64,000 nt of DNA from an uncultured Clostridia bacterium (GTDB lineage: Bacteria; Bacillota; Clostridia; Christensenellales; Aristaeellaceae): assembly GCA_945928315.1 (NCBI GenBank), contig CAMENN010000001.1:142-64141 (forward strand). Direction: 5' to 3'. A program made the position numbers and the translations under genes. Below, piece by piece: positions 53,134-62,065 of this stretch (position 1 is the first letter of the stretch; each line of letters opens with the position of its first letter). Under the pieces are notes generated by a model. That model had not been told where the DNA came from and made no database searches. It was given only the letters and a program-made list of their open reading frames with translations.

Positions 53134-54336
53134 ATGAGTATGCAAAGCGAAACAGCCGCCGTCCTGAGCATGACGGTGGTGACCTCCGCCTACGGCGACG
53201 GCCAGCGCATGACCGCTGTGGCCATCGAGTACGGCGACCCCGTGGTCCGCGGAGACCTCGAGCCGGAGATGTTTGACGTGGAGGGCTTCACCATCACGAG
53301 CCTCTGCGTGTCGGATACCGCCAGGGGTGAGCTGGTCTGGACGGGGCGCTTCGTGCAGCTGCTGCTGGAGGGTGATCCGCAGTCCCTTCGCCTGTGCGAG
53401 CGCGGCGGCCATGGCGAAAAGCTGACCGTGCGCCATCCCGTGCTCCGCGTGACGCAGAAGCAGGACATCCCCACCGCCTGCGGCAGAACCGTACCGGCGT
53501 TCACCTCCCGGCCCACGACCGCCGTGGACCTGGGGATCGCCGCCAAATTCACCGCCGCCTCCTTCACCACGGGGGACGGCCATCAGCTCCGCTACAACCT
53601 CTACATCCCGGAGCACATGGTGCCCGGCCAGCAGTATCCCGTCGTGCTGTTCATGCACGACCTGGGCTCCTGCTCCGACGACATCACCGCGCCGCTTCTG
53701 CAGGGCACGGGCGCGACGGTCTGGGCCATCGAGTCCTATTACAACCGCCGCCCCTGCTTTGTGGTCGCCCCGCAGTATGAGCGCAAATGTGCCGACGACG
53801 ACTTCACCGTGACCTGGGAGGCCGAGGCGACGCTGGAGCTGATGAACTTCCTCTTCGACGCCTATCCGATGGACAGGGCGCGCCTGTACGGCACCGGGCA
53901 GTCCATGGGCTGCATGATGCTCTGCGAGCTGATGCTTCGCCATCCGCACACCTTTGCGGGCCTGCTGCTTGTGGCGGGCCAGTGGGACCCGGAGCGCCTG
54001 GCCGCCGCGCACGATGAGAACCTCTGGATCATCGTGTCCTCCGGCGACGCGAAGGCCTTCCCGATCATGCGCAGGGCGATGCACTGCATGGAGGAGGCGG
54101 GCGCGGCGATCTGCTTCAGCCACATCAACGCCCGGGCCGACGCGGCCTGGCTGGACGCGGCCATCCGCAGCCAGAAGCAGAAGAACGCCAACGTGAACCT
54201 CACCTGGTTTGAGGGGCGTTCGGTCGTGCCCGACGAGCTCGACCCCCACCCCGGCGCGCATCACGTCTGCGCCTGGGTCAAGGCCTATGACATCAAGGCG
54301 CTGCGCGAATGGCTCTTTGAGCAGCGTCTCTCGTGA
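53134..54336 (+). CDS. Alpha/beta-hydrolase (esterase/peptidase-like)
   Basis: GTGQSMGCMM is a nucleophile elbow (GxSxG). 400 aa with an extra ~130-aa N-terminal domain. Confidence 0.7.
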   Translation: MSMQSETAAVLSMTVVTSAYGDGQRMTAVAIEYGDPVVRGDLEPEMFDVEGFTITSLCVSDTARGELVWTGRFVQLLLEGDPQSLRLCERGGHGEKLTVRHPVLRVTQKQDIPTACGRTVPAFTSRPTTAVDLGIAAKFTAASFTTGDGHQLRYNLYIPEHMVPGQQYPVVLFMHDLGSCSDDITAPLLQGTGATVWAIESYYNRRPCFVVAPQYERKCADDDFTVTWEAEATLELMNFLFDAYPMDRARLYGTGQSMGCMMLCELMLRHPHTFAGLLLVAGQWDPERLAAAHDENLWIIVSSGDAKAFPIMRRAMHCMEEAGAAICFSHINARADAAWLDAAIRSQKQKNANVNLTWFEGRSVVPDELDPHPGAHHVCAWVKAYDIKALREWLFEQRLS

Positions 54337-54362
54337 AGGAACAGCGACAAGGAGAACCGGCG

Positions 54363-55253
54363 ATGATTGATTTTTCCTGCAAGCACGACATCTGGCTGGA
54401 GGACGAGGACGGCAGCCTTCAGCGCATGGACCAGCCCTTCTTCCGGGCCTGGCCCATCGCGCCCGGCACCTGGCAGATCCTCTCCGACGGCGACTTTTCC
54501 TACATGATTGAGGGCGAGGACGAGGCGCTACTCATCGACTCCGGTTATGGCGCGGGCAACATCCGCACCTTCGCCCAGAGCCTGACGGACAAGCCCCTCT
54601 CCCGCATCTGCAACACGCACGATCACTTCGACCACACGGCGAACAACAGCTACTTCGACCTGGCTTACATGTCCCGCGAGACGCGCGAGCTGGCGACTCG
54701 TCCGTTCCCGAGCTTCTCGGGCATCGACTTCCCCCGGGACTACCCGGTGAAGGAGGTGACGGACGGGGACGTCATCCCGCTGCGCGGGCGCGACCTCCGG
54801 GTGTTCTTCATCCCGGATCACGCGGTGGGCAGCCTGGCGTTCCTCGATGAAAGAGCGCGCATCCTCTTCTCCGGCGACGAGTTCATGGTGCACGGCAAGG
54901 CGCTGCACGGCAGCGTCGCGCACTGGGCAGCGATGCTCGAGAAGCTCATGCCCTATCGCGACCGGTTTGACCACCTGTGCGCCGGCGCCTGGCCGATGAT
55001 GGACGCCTCGATCGTGGACAATCAGCTCGCCTGCGCCCGCCACATCCTGGCGGGGAACGAGGGCGAGCGCGCGCAGCCGGGGCGCTTCCCCGGCGAGGAG
55101 CGCGTGGACGCGGAGGGACGGCGCATCTGGAAGCGGCGCATTCCGCATCCGGGCGACGGTCCCGCGGACATCAACCGGGACATCGAATACAAGCGCGTGA
55201 TGCGCTTTGCCGGCACGTCCATCACCTACGACGTCCGGCATCTCGACGACTGA
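54363..55253 (+). CDS. MBL-fold metallo-hydrolase
   Basis: NTHDHFDHT is the HxHxDH motif. Start set at ATG 54363 (RBS AAGGAG 54349-54354); the track ORF starts at GTG 54333. Confidence 0.82.
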   Translation: MIDFSCKHDIWLEDEDGSLQRMDQPFFRAWPIAPGTWQILSDGDFSYMIEGEDEALLIDSGYGAGNIRTFAQSLTDKPLSRICNTHDHFDHTANNSYFDLAYMSRETRELATRPFPSFSGIDFPRDYPVKEVTDGDVIPLRGRDLRVFFIPDHAVGSLAFLDERARILFSGDEFMVHGKALHGSVAHWAAMLEKLMPYRDRFDHLCAGAWPMMDASIVDNQLACARHILAGNEGERAQPGRFPGEERVDAEGRRIWKRRIPHPGDGPADINRDIEYKRVMRFAGTSITYDVRHLDD

Positions 55254-55268
55254 CAGGGAGGCAACAGC

Positions 55269-55817
55269 ATGGCGGGCGGCTTTTTCCGGCGCTATTTTCA
55301 GGATTTCACGGAGGATCGCCGCCCGGGCGAGGATGGCAAAATGCACACCTCGCGCGTCTATCGCGGCTTCCTGTATGCGCCGAGGCTCGCCCCCCGGCAG
55401 CACGCGGCGCGCGGCGTCCTCCTGCCCCTGCTTACGCTGGGCGGCGGCGTCCTGTTCATCCTCGGCGCGATGCAGCGGGCCGTGTGCAACACGCTCTGGT
55501 ATACCGCGCTGACGACCGGCGCATCGCTCATCGCGCTGCTGCTCGCCGTGATTCCGCTGTTCCAGTGCGTGCTCGCGCCACGGGAGCAGACCATCTACCA
55601 GTACCGCGCGGGGCACAAGGCGCTCGTGCTGCTCTCGCGCGTGTGCGCAGGGTGCATGGCGCTGACGGCGCTGCTCGCGCTGCTGGGCACGCTGCTTGCC
55701 GGAGACCGGGCGCTGTCCCCCGCGCTGCTCTTCGCGCTGTCCGCCCTTTGCGAGGCGGCGACGGGCGAAATCGAGCGCCGCATCCCGTATGAACGCAAAA
55801 CCAACCCGAACGCATGA
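55269..55817 (+). CDS. Small integral membrane protein, unknown function
   Basis: 182 aa with 4 hydrophobic segments. RBS GGGAGG. Confidence 0.6.
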   Translation: MAGGFFRRYFQDFTEDRRPGEDGKMHTSRVYRGFLYAPRLAPRQHAARGVLLPLLTLGGGVLFILGAMQRAVCNTLWYTALTTGASLIALLLAVIPLFQCVLAPREQTIYQYRAGHKALVLLSRVCAGCMALTALLALLGTLLAGDRALSPALLFALSALCEAATGEIERRIPYERKTNPNA

Positions 55818-55848
55818 ACGCTGAATATGAAAAAGGGGAGGAATTCCC

Positions 55849-56883
55849 ATGGTCATAGACGCAAACGTATACTGGTTCCCGGAGGCGCTGTTTACGGACG
55901 AGGCGCTGCGGGAGCGGTTTTTCATGGACGTGCCGCGCGGCTACCGGACGAACGCCCGGATGGTTGAGCGCGCGGGACGCCGGCAGATCATCGTCGAGCG
56001 GCCCGTCGGCTGCCCGGGTGTCGATTACATCGAGGGCGACTACACGCTGGAGGCGATGCTCTCGGCGATGGACGCGGCGGGCGTGGAGCGCGCGGTCATG
56101 AAGGTGCCCTGCGTGCACGAGTGGCTGAGCCTTAACATGTGCCGCCTGTTCAACGACGGCATGGCCGACTTTGCCCGCCGCTCCGGCGGACGGCTGACGG
56201 CGCTGGCCGTCGTGCCGCCGTGGGGCCGCAGCGCGCAGCTGGCGGAGCTTCGCCGCTGCCACGACGAGCTGGGCATGCGCGGCGCGCAGCTTTGCGCGCA
56301 CTACGGCGAGCTGTACCTGGACGACGAGGCATTCGCGCCGCTGTTTGAGCAGCTGAACACCTACGGCATGAACGTCTATGTGCACCACACGCCGGTGCCC
56401 GTGGAGTACGAGAAAATCCAGGAGTACAACAACCTGCGCCGCAGCCTCGGCCGCTGCGAGGACCAGCTCATCGCGGTGGGCCGCGAGCTGTTCTCGGGCA
56501 TGTTCGAGAGGTACCCGAACGTGAAGCTGGTTCACTCGATGCTCGGCGGCGGCTTCTTCGCCTTCAGCGAGATGCTCATGCCGCACGGCCCGCAGACGCC
56601 GGACCCCTCCGGCCGCTTCACGGCGACGCCGGAGTCCATGCGGCGCCATCTGCAAAACAACATCTTCTTCGAGATGAGCCATGCGCAGCCCTGGGGCAGG
56701 ACGCTGCTGGAGACGGCGGTGAAGATTCTGGGCGCGGACCACATCGTCTACGGCTCGTCCTCGCCGGTCAAGGCCCAGTGGCAGCAGGAAGGCCCCGCCT
56801 TCGTGCGCGCGCTCGACCTCACCGGGGAGGAAAAGGAGCTGCTGCTGTGCGGCAACGCGATGCGGCTGTATCAGATGGAGTAA
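55849..56883 (+). CDS. Amidohydrolase-2 (ACMSD/LigW-type) family protein
   Basis: 344 aa TIM-barrel-like. The N-terminus reads VIDANVY where the family normally has the HxH metal ligands. Confidence 0.6.
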   Translation: MVIDANVYWFPEALFTDEALRERFFMDVPRGYRTNARMVERAGRRQIIVERPVGCPGVDYIEGDYTLEAMLSAMDAAGVERAVMKVPCVHEWLSLNMCRLFNDGMADFARRSGGRLTALAVVPPWGRSAQLAELRRCHDELGMRGAQLCAHYGELYLDDEAFAPLFEQLNTYGMNVYVHHTPVPVEYEKIQEYNNLRRSLGRCEDQLIAVGRELFSGMFERYPNVKLVHSMLGGGFFAFSEMLMPHGPQTPDPSGRFTATPESMRRHLQNNIFFEMSHAQPWGRTLLETAVKILGADHIVYGSSSPVKAQWQQEGPAFVRALDLTGEEKELLLCGNAMRLYQME

Positions 56884-56885
56884 GA

Positions 56886-56935
56886 CAAAAAACAGGGCAG
56901 GCGATTCCTTGCGGAAATGCCTGCCCTGTTGATTT
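56886..56935. terminator. Bidirectional terminator between the amidohydrolase and sugar-kinase genes
   Basis: AAAAAA-CAGGGCAGGC...GCCTGCCCTG-TTGATTT. Confidence 0.8.
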
Positions 56936-56944
56936 CACCATATA

Positions 56945-57027
56945 TCCCTTGTCACGCTCAAATCCATTCGAGCCCGGAGGAAATCCCCCATCAGGTAACG
57001 CTTCGCTTCGCGCTGTGTCAAGCTGCC
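56945..57027 (-). repeat. Short repeat R9 (alpha fused to gamma end)
   Basis: The reverse complement reads CAGCGCGAAGCGAAGCGTTACCTGATGGGGGATTT... Confidence 0.7.
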
Positions 57028-57041
57028 ATGCGAATCCCCTT

Positions 57042-57917
57042 TTATTTCCACTCATACGCCAGCTGCGCCGCGCCCCAAAGCGCGTCGTGTTCGGGCGCAG
57101 CCGGCTCACAGACCGCTGCAAGCTGCCCGCGCACGACCTGCGCATACGGCGTGTCGTTTTGCAGCAGGCCGCCCAGCAGCGCCACGCGCGGGCGCTCCAT
57201 GCACAGCCGCTGCGCCAGCGCGCGCACGATGCAGGTCAGAGCCTTCGCGCCCCGCGCGAGGATCTCCCGGCTCGCCTCGTCGCCCTCCGCCGCGCATGCC
57301 AGCACGCAGGAGGCCAGCGCCGCCACGGCGGACTTGTCCCGCCCGCTGTAGTAGACGTAGTTCAGGATGTCCGGCGTGCCCTGCCCGCCGATTTTCTCCA
57401 GCACCGCCGCGCGCAGCGCGTGCGCCTGCATGCGCCCGTCGCCCGTCTGCACCGCCGCGGCCAGCGCGTCCCGGCCGAGGGCATAGCCGCTGCCCACGTC
57501 GTCGATGAGATGGCCCCAGCCGCCCACGCGCGCGCTCTCGCCCGCCGCATTGCGCCCGAAGGCCACCGAGCCCGTGCCCGCGATCAGGATGCCGCCGGGG
57601 CCGTCCATCGCCCCGCGCAGCGCAATTTCAAAGTCGGAGCAGAGCGTCAGTCCGCCCGCGAAGCCGTGCGCGCCCAGCTCGTCAAGGAGCAGCTCCCGCA
57701 GCCCGGCAAAGGACACGCCCGCGCCGCCCACGCAGAGCCTGCTGATGGCGCGTACGTCCACCGCCTGACAAAGCTCGCGCAGCACGCTGCGCACGCCCGC
57801 CTCGCCCACGGCGGAGATGTTGAACGGCCCGAAGGTCAGCCGCTGCACGGGGCGGTTTGCGTCGTCCCGCAGCTCGAGCCGGGTGGAGGTTCCGCCCCCG
57901 TCAATTCCCGCGATCAT
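57042..57917 (-). CDS. BadF/BadG/BcrA/BcrD-type sugar kinase (GlcNAc/MurNAc kinase-like)
   Basis: Start set at ATG 57917 (RBS AAGGAG). MIAGIDGGGTSTRLEL. Immediately downstream of murQ. Confidence 0.8.
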   Translation of the reverse strand: MIAGIDGGGTSTRLELRDDANRPVQRLTFGPFNISAVGEAGVRSVLRELCQAVDVRAISRLCVGGAGVSFAGLRELLLDELGAHGFAGGLTLCSDFEIALRGAMDGPGGILIAGTGSVAFGRNAAGESARVGGWGHLIDDVGSGYALGRDALAAAVQTGDGRMQAHALRAAVLEKIGGQGTPDILNYVYYSGRDKSAVAALASCVLACAAEGDEASREILARGAKALTCIVRALAQRLCMERPRVALLGGLLQNDTPYAQVVRGQLAAVCEPAAPEHDALWGAAQLAYEWK

Positions 57918-57933
57918 ATGCCCACTCCTTCGC

Positions 57934-58833
57934 TCAGCGGGCCACAGCCCCGGCAATGCGGCCGCCCGCGCGCGCGAGCAGCTCCCCGGCCTCCCCGGCC
58001 GAAACGCCGCACAGGATCATCACGATGGCCGTCTTGCAGTGATAGCCCGACGCATCCAGCGCCGCGACGGCCTGCGCCTCGTCCGCGCCGGTCGCCTGCA
58101 TCACGATGCGCTGGCAGCGGCGCACGAGCTTCTCGTTGCTGGGCTGCACGTCCACCATGAGGTTGCCGTACACCTTGCCCATGCGGATCATCGCGCCGGT
58201 GGAAAGCATGTTGAGTACCATCTTCTGCGCGGTGCCGCTCTTCATGCGCGTGGAGCCGGTGACGACCTCCGGCCCCGGCTCCGGAGCGATGCCGATGTCC
58301 GCCGCCCGGTCGATCTGGGAGCCCTTGCAGCAGGTGACGGCGATCACGCTCGCGCCGATCGACTTCGCGTAGGCCATCGCGCCGAGCACATACGGCGTGC
58401 GCCCGCTCGCCGCCAGGCCGCACAGCACGTCCCTGTCGCTGAAGGCAATCTTTTTGAGGTCCTCCTCGCCGAGCTCGCGGCTGTCCTCCGCGCCCTCGAC
58501 GGCCTTGAAGATCGCCGGGAAGCCGCCCGCGATCAGGCCCTGCACCAGCTCCGGGGAGACGTTGTAGGTCGGCGGGCACTCGGACGCGTCCAGAATGCCC
58601 AGTCGGCCGGACGTGCCGCAGCCCACATACACCAGCCGCCCGCCGCTGCTCAGCCGCTCGGCGATCAGATCGACCGCCGCGGCGATCTGGGGCAGGACCT
58701 CCTGCACGGCGTCCGCGACGCGGTGGTCCTCGCTGTTGATGAGCGTCACCATCTCCAGCGTGCTCAGCTCGTCGATGTGCGCCGTGCGCGGATTGCGCTG
58801 CTCCGTTGCGATTTTATCCAGTTCCACAGCCAT
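57934..58833 (-). CDS. murQ: N-acetylmuramic acid 6-phosphate etherase
   Basis: 299 aa. LDKIATEQRNPRTAHIDELSTLEMVTLINSED and the SIS domain (VGCGTSGRLG) are typical of MurQ. Confidence 0.9.
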   Translation of the reverse strand: MAVELDKIATEQRNPRTAHIDELSTLEMVTLINSEDHRVADAVQEVLPQIAAAVDLIAERLSSGGRLVYVGCGTSGRLGILDASECPPTYNVSPELVQGLIAGGFPAIFKAVEGAEDSRELGEEDLKKIAFSDRDVLCGLAASGRTPYVLGAMAYAKSIGASVIAVTCCKGSQIDRAADIGIAPEPGPEVVTGSTRMKSGTAQKMVLNMLSTGAMIRMGKVYGNLMVDVQPSNEKLVRRCQRIVMQATGADEAQAVAALDASGYHCKTAIVMILCGVSAGEAGELLARAGGRIAGAVAR

Positions 58834-59103
58834 GTTGTCGCTCCCCTTCCCGGTCGTTTGTCATGCGGAGCCCGCTTTCCGGTTGCGGACGCCGCGTTTC
58901 CTTCGTCGTTGCAGCAGCCGGCCTCCTGCCGGTTTTCCTTCATCTATTGTACCCGCTCGCCCGCCGGGTTGTCAATGCGCGGCGCGGGATTTGCGCATGG
59001 AGCGCGCGCAAAGGCTGCGGAGCTCGGATTGCCTGTTTTTTGACGAATTTGGCATCATTCCCGTCAATCCGCGTCAATGCGCGAAAAATCGCCCTCCGGA
59101 GCC

Positions 59104-59131
59104 TTGACATCGCGCCGGAGCGTGATAAACT
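59104..59131 (+). promoter_or_regulatory. Promoter of the MerR-family gene
   Basis: TTGACA, 16 nt, TG-A-TAAACT. CTCCGG/CCGGAG dyad around the -35. Confidence 0.5.
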
Positions 59132-59162
59132 CTAAACCAGATACAGACTTTGAAAGGAGGGC

Positions 59163-60020
59163 ATGCGCATGAACGGGGAGCTCATTCCCATCGGCGCGAT
59201 GGCGCAGCTCAACCACATCAGCGTTCCCACGCTGCGCCTGTACGACCGCATGGGCCTGCTGCGCCCGCGGTATGTCGATCCCGAAACCGGCTACCGCTAC
59301 TACGACGTGCACCAGAACGCGCGCCTGGACATGATCGCCTACATGAAGGAGCTGGGCATGAGCCTTGCGCAGATCGGGGATGTGCTGCGCCGGGAGGACA
59401 TCACGCTCATCGAGGAGATTCTGGTGCGCAAGAACGAGCAGATTCACGAGCAGATCCGCGCGCTGCGCGCCCAGCACGACGCCGTGGAGCGCGCCATCGG
59501 CAGCATCGAGCGCTACCGCAAATCCCCTGCGACGGGCACGATTTCCCTTGAGTACATTGACAGGCGCTTCCTCTTCGGCATTCCCTGCGAGGGCAATTTC
59601 TACGAGGAGGGCATCGGCGGCTACGAGCGCGAGCTGGCCCGCCTGCGCGGCGCGCTGCAGGAGAGCGGCTTTGAGCAGATTCACACGTACAGCGCGGGCA
59701 CCTCCATCCGCCAGGCGGACTTCATGGCGGAGCGCTTCGTGCCGGACAGGGTATTCGTGTTCACCGGCAGCCGCAGTGAGGCCGCGCCCCACACGGATGT
59801 AATGGATTCGAGCATGTACGCGTGCATCTATCTGGACAGCTTCGAGGATGAGCTGCCCTGCGCGCACCAGCTGCTTAGCTTCTGCCGGGAGAACGGATAT
59901 GACATCGCCGGGGACTATCTATGTGAAGTGATGACAGAGTTCAACATCTTCGACGAGGCGCACCGCAGCATGTTTTTGCGCCTGCAGGTGCCCGTTTCCT
60001 TCCGGAAAAATATGCCTTGA
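59163..60020 (+). CDS. MerR-family regulator with GyrI-like effector domain
   Basis: IGAMAQLNHISVPTLRLYDRMGLL is the HTH. The second ATG at 59169 has better RBS spacing. Confidence 0.85.
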   Translation: MRMNGELIPIGAMAQLNHISVPTLRLYDRMGLLRPRYVDPETGYRYYDVHQNARLDMIAYMKELGMSLAQIGDVLRREDITLIEEILVRKNEQIHEQIRALRAQHDAVERAIGSIERYRKSPATGTISLEYIDRRFLFGIPCEGNFYEEGIGGYERELARLRGALQESGFEQIHTYSAGTSIRQADFMAERFVPDRVFVFTGSRSEAAPHTDVMDSSMYACIYLDSFEDELPCAHQLLSFCRENGYDIAGDYLCEVMTEFNIFDEAHRSMFLRLQVPVSFRKNMP

Positions 60021-60082
60021 CTCTCTCCTTGGGTGAGGGTTTATACTAATCTTACCAAATAAATCACAAGGAGGACGTTTCC

Positions 60083-61108
60083 ATGGACAAGATCAAGGTT
60101 GTGCAGTACGGCTGCGGCAAGATGAGCAAGTACATTCTCCGGTATCTGCATGAGCACGGCGCGCAGATCGTCGGCGCTATCGACGTGAACCCGGCCGTCG
60201 TCGGCCAGGACGTGGGCGATTTCGCGGAGCTGGGCCTCAAGACCGGCGTCATCATCTCCAACGACGCGGACAAGGTGCTCGACGAGTGCGACGCGGACGT
60301 CGCCATCGTGACGCTGTTCAGCTTCATCAACGACATCTACGCCCACGTTGAAAAGTGCGTTTCGCGCGGCATCAACGTCATCACCACCTGCGAGGAGGCC
60401 ATCTATCCCTGGACGACGGCCGCGGCGCAGATCAACCGCCTCGACGCGCTGGCCAAGGAGACGGGCTGCACCATCGCGGGCTCCGGCATGCAGGACATCT
60501 TCTGGATCAACATCGTGGGCCTTGTCGCGGGCGGCATGAACAGGCTGACCAAGATCAAGGGCGCCTACAGCTACAATGTGGACGAGTACGGCATGGCGCT
60601 GGCGAAGGCGCACGGCTGCGACCTGACCCCGGAGGAGTTTGAGGCGCAAATCGCGCATCCGGCGGCGTTTGAGCCGTCCTACGCCTGGAACGCTGCGGAG
60701 GCCATCTGCAACAAGCTCGGCCTGACCATCAAGTCCATCGAGCAGAAGCACGTGCCCTGCGTCATCGACAAGGACCTCTATTCCGCAACGCTGGGCAAGA
60801 CCATCAAGGCCGGCAACTGCATCGGCATGAGCGCCGTGGTAACCATCGAGACCATGCAGGGCATCACCGTGGAGGAGGAGACGATCGGCAAGGTCTACGG
60901 CCCGGACGACGGCGACATGTGCGACTGGTGGATGACGGGCGAGCCGGACACCGAGTTCCACGTCGTCAAGCCGGCCACCGTCGAGCACACCTGCGCGACG
61001 ATTGTCAACCGCATTCCGAGCCTGATCGCGGCTCCGGCGGGCTACGTCACCGCCGATCAGCTGCCCGAGATCAGCTACCTGACCTATCCGATGGAGTATT
61101 ACGTCTGA
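60083..61108 (+). CDS. NAD(P)-dependent amine/diaminopentanoate-dehydrogenase-like oxidoreductase (DapB-fold)
   Basis: [34 protein letters not shown] is a Rossmann N-terminus. 341 aa. Confidence 0.55.
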   Translation: MDKIKVVQYGCGKMSKYILRYLHEHGAQIVGAIDVNPAVVGQDVGDFAELGLKTGVIISNDADKVLDECDADVAIVTLFSFINDIYAHVEKCVSRGINVITTCEEAIYPWTTAAAQINRLDALAKETGCTIAGSGMQDIFWINIVGLVAGGMNRLTKIKGAYSYNVDEYGMALAKAHGCDLTPEEFEAQIAHPAAFEPSYAWNAAEAICNKLGLTIKSIEQKHVPCVIDKDLYSATLGKTIKAGNCIGMSAVVTIETMQGITVEEETIGKVYGPDDGDMCDWWMTGEPDTEFHVVKPATVEHTCATIVNRIPSLIAAPAGYVTADQLPEISYLTYPMEYYV

Positions 61109-61132
61109 TTGCGCCAATCCGCCTGAACAGCA

Positions 61133-61170
61133 GCGCCCGTCCCCTTTGGGGGACGGGCGCGTGTTATTTG
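61133..61170. terminator. Bidirectional terminator between convergent genes
   Basis: GCGCCCGTCCCC-TTTG-GGGGACGGGCGC followed by GTGTTATTT. Confidence 0.75.
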
Positions 61171-61176
61171 GGCCGG

Positions 61177-61953
61177 TCACTCCGCGTCCCTGCCGTAGAC
61201 CTCGATCTGTCGCAGCGCCGGGAAGGCGGAGGGGTTGTCGCACTTGATCAGCCGGTGCAGCCTGAGCGTGCGGATGCGGTGGAGGCCGCCCAGGTCGATG
61301 GGCTGCGCGCCATCGATCCCCTCAAGCGGGAACGTCAGCTCCGCGCCGTCGTCGAGCGTCACCGTGCCGGAAACCCAGTAGGCGTCGTGCGGGAAGTCCG
61401 CGCGCAGATAGAGCACCATGCGGTCCACCTCGACCGTGCGGCCGAAGTCGAGCGTCAACTCCGCGTCCGTGCGCGCACCGATGCCCCAGCTGCCGAACGG
61501 CCACGGGCCATGTCCGCAGGCGATGTGCTCGCCGTCGATCGTGTTGCGCGCGCAGAACCAGCTCTCGTCGCGCGTCTCCACGTTCGCCGTCGCGTGCGGA
61601 TAGCAGGTCACCCCGCCGCGCTGATCCGCCGGATTGCGGGCCAGGTTGCGGTAGCTATTGTCCTCGTCCGGGCGCACGGTGCACAGGTGCAGGTCGCCCG
61701 TGAACGCGCCGGGCGCGTACGCCGCCGGATCGATGCCGCCAAGCGGCAGGCGGTAGGAAAACGCCTTTTCGGGCAGATAGACGCGCGCGGGCTTCACCGC
61801 CTGATCCACCTGCACGATGACGTGCGTGTCGTCCGTGCGGAAACGGAGCTCATCGCCCAGCGCGTACTGCCCCCGATAGAGCAGCTGCGCCTCGCGCTCG
61901 CCCTGCGCGCTGGCGAGCACCTCGCCGCCGCGGAGCAGTTCAATCGTTGTCAT
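61177..61953 (-). CDS. Hypothetical protein with discoidin/galactose-binding-like C-terminal domain
   Basis: 258 aa. RBS AAGGAGG. The motif call is weak. Confidence 0.5.
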   Translation of the reverse strand: MTTIELLRGGEVLASAQGEREAQLLYRGQYALGDELRFRTDDTHVIVQVDQAVKPARVYLPEKAFSYRLPLGGIDPAAYAPGAFTGDLHLCTVRPDEDNSYRNLARNPADQRGGVTCYPHATANVETRDESWFCARNTIDGEHIACGHGPWPFGSWGIGARTDAELTLDFGRTVEVDRMVLYLRADFPHDAYWVSGTVTLDDGAELTFPLEGIDGAQPIDLGGLHRIRTLRLHRLIKCDNPSAFPALRQIEVYGRDAE

Positions 61954-62065
61954 GGTGTGCCTCCTTGTCCGATCGTGTGGTTCCGATCGTATAATCCGGT
62001 ATGGATGCCCTGCCGGTCAGCCCGCGGCCCGCGCTGAATCCGCGTTTTTCCGGGGACCTCCCCGC

